Assembly: GCA_017962105.1 (NCBI GenBank)
Contig: JAGCVY010000052.1
Coordinates: 983 to 64,982, forward strand
Origin: Lachnospiraceae bacterium
GTDB lineage: Bacteria; Bacillota; Clostridia; Lachnospirales; Lachnospiraceae
Reading direction: 5' to 3'
DNA length: 64,000 nucleotides
Both the position numbers and the translations under genes were made by a program. This document shows, in pieces, positions 63,533 to 64,000 of this stretch; the first letter of the stretch is position 1; each line of letters starts with the position of its first letter. The notes beneath the pieces were generated by a model, which made no database searches, was not told the origin of the DNA, and saw nothing but the letters and a program-made list of their open reading frames with translations.

Positions 63533-63612
63533 TTTTGCTGTGCCGCGGAACATTTTCCGTGTCATAAAAGGTGCGCTTGCACCATACGAAAAATAACGGA
63601 GGACACAACCCC

Positions 63613-63924
63613 ATGAGTGAGTATGATGATATCTACGAGAAGGATGAAGTTACCCTGGAGCTGGATGACGGAACTTCGCTGAAGTGCGACGTGATCGGCA
63701 TTTTCCCCGGCCCGGACGACCGTGAGTACATTGCGGTGACGCCGCAGGAGTGGGAAGGCGACGATGACGCTGTCGTTTACCTGTATCGTTTCTGGGAGAA
63801 CCCGGATGACGAGGATGACATCCGCCTGGATGACATCGAGACGGACGAGGAGTTTGAAGCTGCCTCGAAGGCGTACGATGACTTCATCGCCGACGAGACT
63901 CTGCTGGATGAGGATGAGGAGTAA
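63613..63924 (+). CDS. DUF1292-family small acidic protein
   Basis: ATG 63613 has a GGAGG RBS. VTLELDDGTSLKCDVIGIFPGPDDREYIAVTP ... VYLYRF, followed by an acidic tail, is typical of DUF1292. Confidence 0.75.
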   Translation: MSEYDDIYEKDEVTLELDDGTSLKCDVIGIFPGPDDREYIAVTPQEWEGDDDAVVYLYRFWENPDDEDDIRLDDIETDEEFEAASKAYDDFIADETLLDEDEE

Positions 63925-63933
63925 GAAACTGCC

Positions 63934-64000
63934 TTGAGTACGACCCTGCCGACAACCGAACCCGTGCGCGTCCGCGTCTCCGTCCGCGATTTTGTGGAGT
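63934..64000 (+). CDS. Possible 5' end of a further CDS (partial, runs off the window)
   Basis: An open frame from TTG 63934 reads LSTTLPTTEPVRVRVSVRDFVE. The SVRDFVE motif resembles the N-termini of PD-(D/E)xK nuclease-family proteins often found beside UvrD-like helicases. It is too short to support firmly. Confidence 0.25.
   Translation, partial: MSTTLPTTEPVRVRVSVRDFVE

Overview
A 64 kb high-GC (roughly 58-62% in sampled coding lines) chromosomal segment. Gene content and GGAGG-type ribosome-binding sites suggest a Clostridia / Oscillospiraceae-like Firmicute, but that taxon is an inference. No similarity search was possible, so every call rests on my own six-frame reading and remembered family motifs. 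I support about 50 CDS, 4 tRNAs, several intrinsic terminators and sigma-A-type promoters, one perfect CIRCE operator and three repeat families. Most content is housekeeping: a two-component system, PPIase, htpG, Dus, glgB, GS type III, an ABC-F ATPase, mutY, a ParE/ParC-like topoisomerase, sigA, gltX and a UvrD-like helicase. I saw no integrase, transposase, phage gene or CRISPR array. The strongest candidate for an undescribed system is the co-directional locus 50006-59151. It encodes an unknown 245 aa protein, two membrane-anchored McrB-like AAA+ paralogs, a nuclease-less McrC/DUF2357-like coiled-coil protein, and two membrane-anchored YDG-repeat proteins, one with a transglutaminase core. 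Other points worth a second look:
- an ABC / DUF1854 / ABC exporter cassette with PH-like plus zinc-ribbon N-termini
- three tandem lipoprotein serpins with divergent reactive-centre loops
- a GlgX-like GH13 protein that seems to lack all three catalytic carboxylates
- a tRNA-Pro with an apparent AGG anticodon
- a 5 x 62 nt hairpin array plus one solo copy
- a GC-rich inverted-repeat field followed by 22-nt direct repeats upstream of the helicase
Many long ORFs in the track are antisense shadows typical of high-GC DNA, and I rejected them.
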